Source: Candidatus Saccharimonadota bacterium (lineage in GTDB: Bacteria; Patescibacteriota; Saccharimonadia; Saccharimonadales; UBA4665). From it: a DNA stretch of 32,000 nt. Both the position numbers and the translations under genes were made by a program. This document shows, piece after piece, positions 29,267 through 32,000 of this stretch (positions are counted from its first letter, which is position 1; every line of letters begins with the position of its first letter). Under the pieces are notes generated by a model. That model was not told the origin of the DNA, searched no databases, and saw nothing but the letters and a program-made list of their open reading frames with translations. The stretch covers positions 990,001 to 1,022,000 of the forward strand of contig OY970322.1 of NCBI GenBank assembly GCA_963716945.1, written 5' to 3'.

Positions 29267-31057
29267 ATGAAACCGATTAAAACCAGTTCGACCACCCGCA
29301 AGACCCTGAACATCCACTGGCGCTACACCAGGCGTTATTTGCCGGATTTCCTGATCGGTACTATCGGCGCGGCACTGGCGGTCATCAGCCAGAGTATGAT
29401 ACCGCCGTTAATAGTCGCCAAGGTCTTCAGCAAGCTGCAGACCAGCTATATCCACCACCAGGCGCTGCATTTTACGATGTTCCTGCCCTATTTCGTCTGG
29501 TTCAGCGTAGCCATGCTGACCGGCGTGGTCTTTTGGCGCTTGCAGTCATACTTCGCCTGGCAGCTGGAGATCAAAGTCAGGCGCGATATCGCCAATGACA
29601 TATACGACCACTTGCAATCGCAAAGCCAGCGCTTCCACGCCGACCGTTTCGGCGGAGCCTTGGTGTCCCAAGCCAATAAATTTAACAATTCGTACGAACG
29701 TATAATGGATGACTTCATTTGGAATATCGTCCCCAGCGTGACTACCGTCGTCGTCGCGATCAGCGTTCTGGCGGTCATTTCTTACCCCTACGCCCTGGTC
29801 CTGTGCCTAATCGTACTGGTTTACCTGGCGGCCATGTCGCGCCGGATGGCCAAGCAGCTGCCGTTCAACGAGCAAGCCGCCAATCTTGAAAGCAAGCAAA
29901 CCGCCGCCTTGGCCGATGCCATTACCAATATGAACACTATCCGGGCCTTTGCCGGCGAACAGTACGAGTCCAAACGCTTTGGCGGCGCCAGCGGCAAGCT
30001 GTTCAAGGCCAACCGCGTGTTGTCGGTCGAGATACTGAAGTCGGAGGCATTGAGCCACATCCAGACCAACAGTTTCCAGATTATCGCGTTGCTGGCCGGG
30101 TTAATAGCCATTACCAGTTACGGTACGAGCGCCAGCCTGCTTTACCTGCTGCTAAGCTATACCCAAAACATCACCAACCAGGTACTGCAATTCAGCCGGT
30201 TGGTCCGCAATATTAACCGCAGCCTTGGCGATTCGATAGAAATGACGGAGATCATGGGCATCCAGCCGGAAATACTGGACCCACCGCAACCGGAAACCGT
30301 CCGCATGCGGCGCGGCCAGGTCAGGTTTAATGACGTGGCTTTCGCCTACCCGGAAAATACCGAGCAGCCGCTGTTCAAAGACCTGAACCTGGACATCAAG
30401 CCCGGCGAGAAAGTCGGCCTGGTCGGCCCCAGCGGCGGCGGCAAGACCACCATCACGCAGTTGCTGTTGCGCTTCATGGACGTCCAAGGCGGCGCGATAA
30501 CAATCGATGGCCAGAACATAGCCGCCGTCAAGCAGGCCGGCTTGCGATCGCGCATCGCTTACGTATCGCAGGAGCCGATCCTGTTCCATCGGACGCTGGC
30601 CGAAAATATCGGCTACGGCAATCTGGAAGCCAAGCAGGACGTCATTGAGGCCGTAGCCAAAATGGCTAACGCCCACGAGTTCATCAGCCAGCTGCCCAAA
30701 GGTTACGACACCCTGGTCGGCGAGCGCGGCGTCAAGCTGAGCGGCGGCCAGCGGCAGCGGGTGGCGATTGCCCGGGCCATGCTTAAGAACGCGCCGATCC
30801 TGGTGCTGGACGAGGCGACATCGGCGCTGGACAGCGAGAGCGAGGTCCTGATTCAAGACGCCCTCTGGAAACTCATGGAAGGCCGGACGGCTATTGTCAT
30901 CGCCCACCGTTTGAGCACGATTCAGAAGATGGACCGTATAATAGTACTTGACGAGGGCCGAGTGGTTGAACAGGGTTCGCACTCCGAGCTGCTGGCCAGG
31001 GACGGCACTTACGCCCGGCTGTGGGCGCACCAGTCCGGAGGTTTCATGAATGACTAA
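29267..31057 (+). CDS. ABC exporter subunit (N-terminal 6-TM domain + C-terminal NBD), first half of a heterodimer
   Basis: AGGAGG (29252..29257) lies upstream. Walker A 'GPSGGGKTT', signature 'LSGGQRQR', Walker B 'ILVLDEATSALD', H-loop 'IAHRLST'. Confidence 0.9.
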   Translation: MKPIKTSSTTRKTLNIHWRYTRRYLPDFLIGTIGAALAVISQSMIPPLIVAKVFSKLQTSYIHHQALHFTMFLPYFVWFSVAMLTGVVFWRLQSYFAWQLEIKVRRDIANDIYDHLQSQSQRFHADRFGGALVSQANKFNNSYERIMDDFIWNIVPSVTTVVVAISVLAVISYPYALVLCLIVLVYLAAMSRRMAKQLPFNEQAANLESKQTAALADAITNMNTIRAFAGEQYESKRFGGASGKLFKANRVLSVEILKSEALSHIQTNSFQIIALLAGLIAITSYGTSASLLYLLLSYTQNITNQVLQFSRLVRNINRSLGDSIEMTEIMGIQPEILDPPQPETVRMRRGQVRFNDVAFAYPENTEQPLFKDLNLDIKPGEKVGLVGPSGGGKTTITQLLLRFMDVQGGAITIDGQNIAAVKQAGLRSRIAYVSQEPILFHRTLAENIGYGNLEAKQDVIEAVAKMANAHEFISQLPKGYDTLVGERGVKLSGGQRQRVAIARAMLKNAPILVLDEATSALDSESEVLIQDALWKLMEGRTAIVIAHRLSTIQKMDRIIVLDEGRVVEQGSHSELLARDGTYARLWAHQSGGFMND

Positions 31058-32000
31058 GCAGAAACAATACTACTCGATGCGGTCATATTTCAGCTACCTC
31101 AGCGATTATAAGTGGCGTTGCCTGATGGTTTTTGCCGCCTTTATGGTCAGCGATATATTGCTGGCCGTTATTCCGGTGTTCATCGGTAAGCTGGTCGGCG
31201 TGCTGGCGCACAACCCGATTAACAGCCACCAGGCATACATATACGTTTGGATACTTATCGGCTGCAGCGTAGGCCATAATTTCGAGTGGCGTTTCGTGGG
31301 CGAACTGTCATTCTTGAAGCTGCTCAACCCGGTTAGCCATAACTACGAAAGCCTGGTCTTCAGACAGGTTATTCAGAAACCGTACCCCTACTTCGTCGAC
31401 AAATTCACCGGCAAGGTCTCGTCTTACGTCGCTTTGATCGGCCAAGAGATCAAAGACTTGATGGAGAAGATTTTTTGGGATTACGCCAACCAGCTGATCA
31501 GCCTGATAACCGTCAGCATAATATTAACGGCCGTGGATTGGCAAACCGGGCTCATCTTCATAGGCGGCCTGCTAATGATGCTGCTGGTCGGCAGCTATAC
31601 CATTCGCAACAGCACGAAATACGAAAAAAAGGTGGCTGACGTCCAGTCCACCAAGAACGGCAAAATCGTCGACGCCATTGCCAATTTCGTCAACGTCAAA
31701 TCTTTCCAAAAAGAGAGTTCCGAAATCCAAACCATAGAAGCCGAACAGGCCAAAACCATAGCCACCGATAATAAGTCCTTCGTCTGGAATATGGTGTTTT
31801 GGGGATCGATGTCCTTTTTCGTCAGGGACGCTATGTGGCCGGCGACCATAGCCCTAAACGTTTACCTTTTTATTCATCACGAAATATCCATCGCCGCTTT
31901 GACGACGTTCTTATCGACCGTGCTGATATTCTCCACTTACGTCTGGGACATTATCTGGGATATTTCCCAGCTCAACCTCAAGCTGGCACGCTTGGAAGAA
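31050..32000 (+). CDS. ABC exporter subunit, second half of the heterodimer (partial, runs off the window)
   Basis: I translated this by hand. It is absent from the ORF track because it has no stop in the window. The product begins 'MTKQKQYYSMRSYFSYLSDYKWRCLMVFAAFMVSDILLAVIPVFIGKLVG...' and shows an ABC-exporter TMD pattern. 8-nt overlap with the upstream stop. In frame through 32000. Confidence 0.8.
   Translation, partial: MTKQKQYYSMRSYFSYLSDYKWRCLMVFAAFMVSDILLAVIPVFIGKLVGVLAHNPINSHQAYIYVWILIGCSVGHNFEWRFVGELSFLKLLNPVSHNYESLVFRQVIQKPYPYFVDKFTGKVSSYVALIGQEIKDLMEKIFWDYANQLISLITVSIILTAVDWQTGLIFIGGLLMMLLVGSYTIRNSTKYEKKVADVQSTKNGKIVDAIANFVNVKSFQKESSEIQTIEAEQAKTIATDNKSFVWNMVFWGSMSFFVRDAMWPATIALNVYLFIHHEISIAALTTFLSTVLIFSTYVWDIIWDISQLNLKLARLEE

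Noticed and set aside
29123-29317. 64-aa minus-strand ORF in the divergent intergenic region.
   Set aside because: It runs antisense across the ABC exporter start and its leader. It has no SD or promoter in the right place, and nothing about its sequence is protein-like.

Overview
This 32-kb window comes from a compact bacterial chromosome in which most genes lie on the minus strand. Hand counts of single 60-nt lines give about 60-65 % GC for the backbone. Gene content and frequent ATGA-type overlaps suggest a streamlined Patescibacteria/Saccharibacteria-like or actinobacterium-like genome, but the sequence alone cannot prove the taxonomy.

Most of the window is housekeeping:
- ligA, uvrC, secG, the lemA-htpX pair, pepP and trhO
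- a PBP5-type D-Ala-D-Ala carboxypeptidase, an SPFH protein and a GlcD-like FAD oxidase
- an orphan family-5 substrate-binding protein and a heterodimeric ABC exporter whose second gene is cut by the window end
- six tRNAs that all encode their 3' CCA: Gly-GCC, Phe-GAA, Ala-GGC, Val-TAC, Leu-GAG and Leu-CAG

I saw no rRNA, CRISPR array, or recognisable defence or toxin system.

Five observations stand out:
1. A soluble MgtE-type Mg2+-sensor module (PRC-like + MgtE_N + CBS pair, no pore) is translationally coupled to an Nramp-fold transporter. In that transporter the metal-site motifs are DAGG and TPY instead of DPGN and MPH. It may be a two-component, Nramp-related Mg2+ uptake system.
2. A roughly 5-kb low-GC island (35-47 % in sampled lines) abuts the 3' end of tRNA-Val. 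Its far side carries a 16-nt imperfect copy of the tRNA 3' end. It holds a 991-aa modular secreted repeat protein and a GT-C/TPR membrane glycosyltransferase.
3. A GNMT-like methyltransferase is split by a frameshift inside an 11-nt homopolymer (G11 on the coding strand).
4. A large serine recombinase at the left edge reads into the 3' end of tRNA-Gly.
5. A candidate leader of about 180 nt upstream of the ABC exporter contains a 17-codon uORF with its own Shine-Dalgarno sequence (SD) and five consecutive Thr codons. That SD can be sequestered by a 12-bp long-range stem.

All family assignments come from motif recognition by eye. No database search was run.
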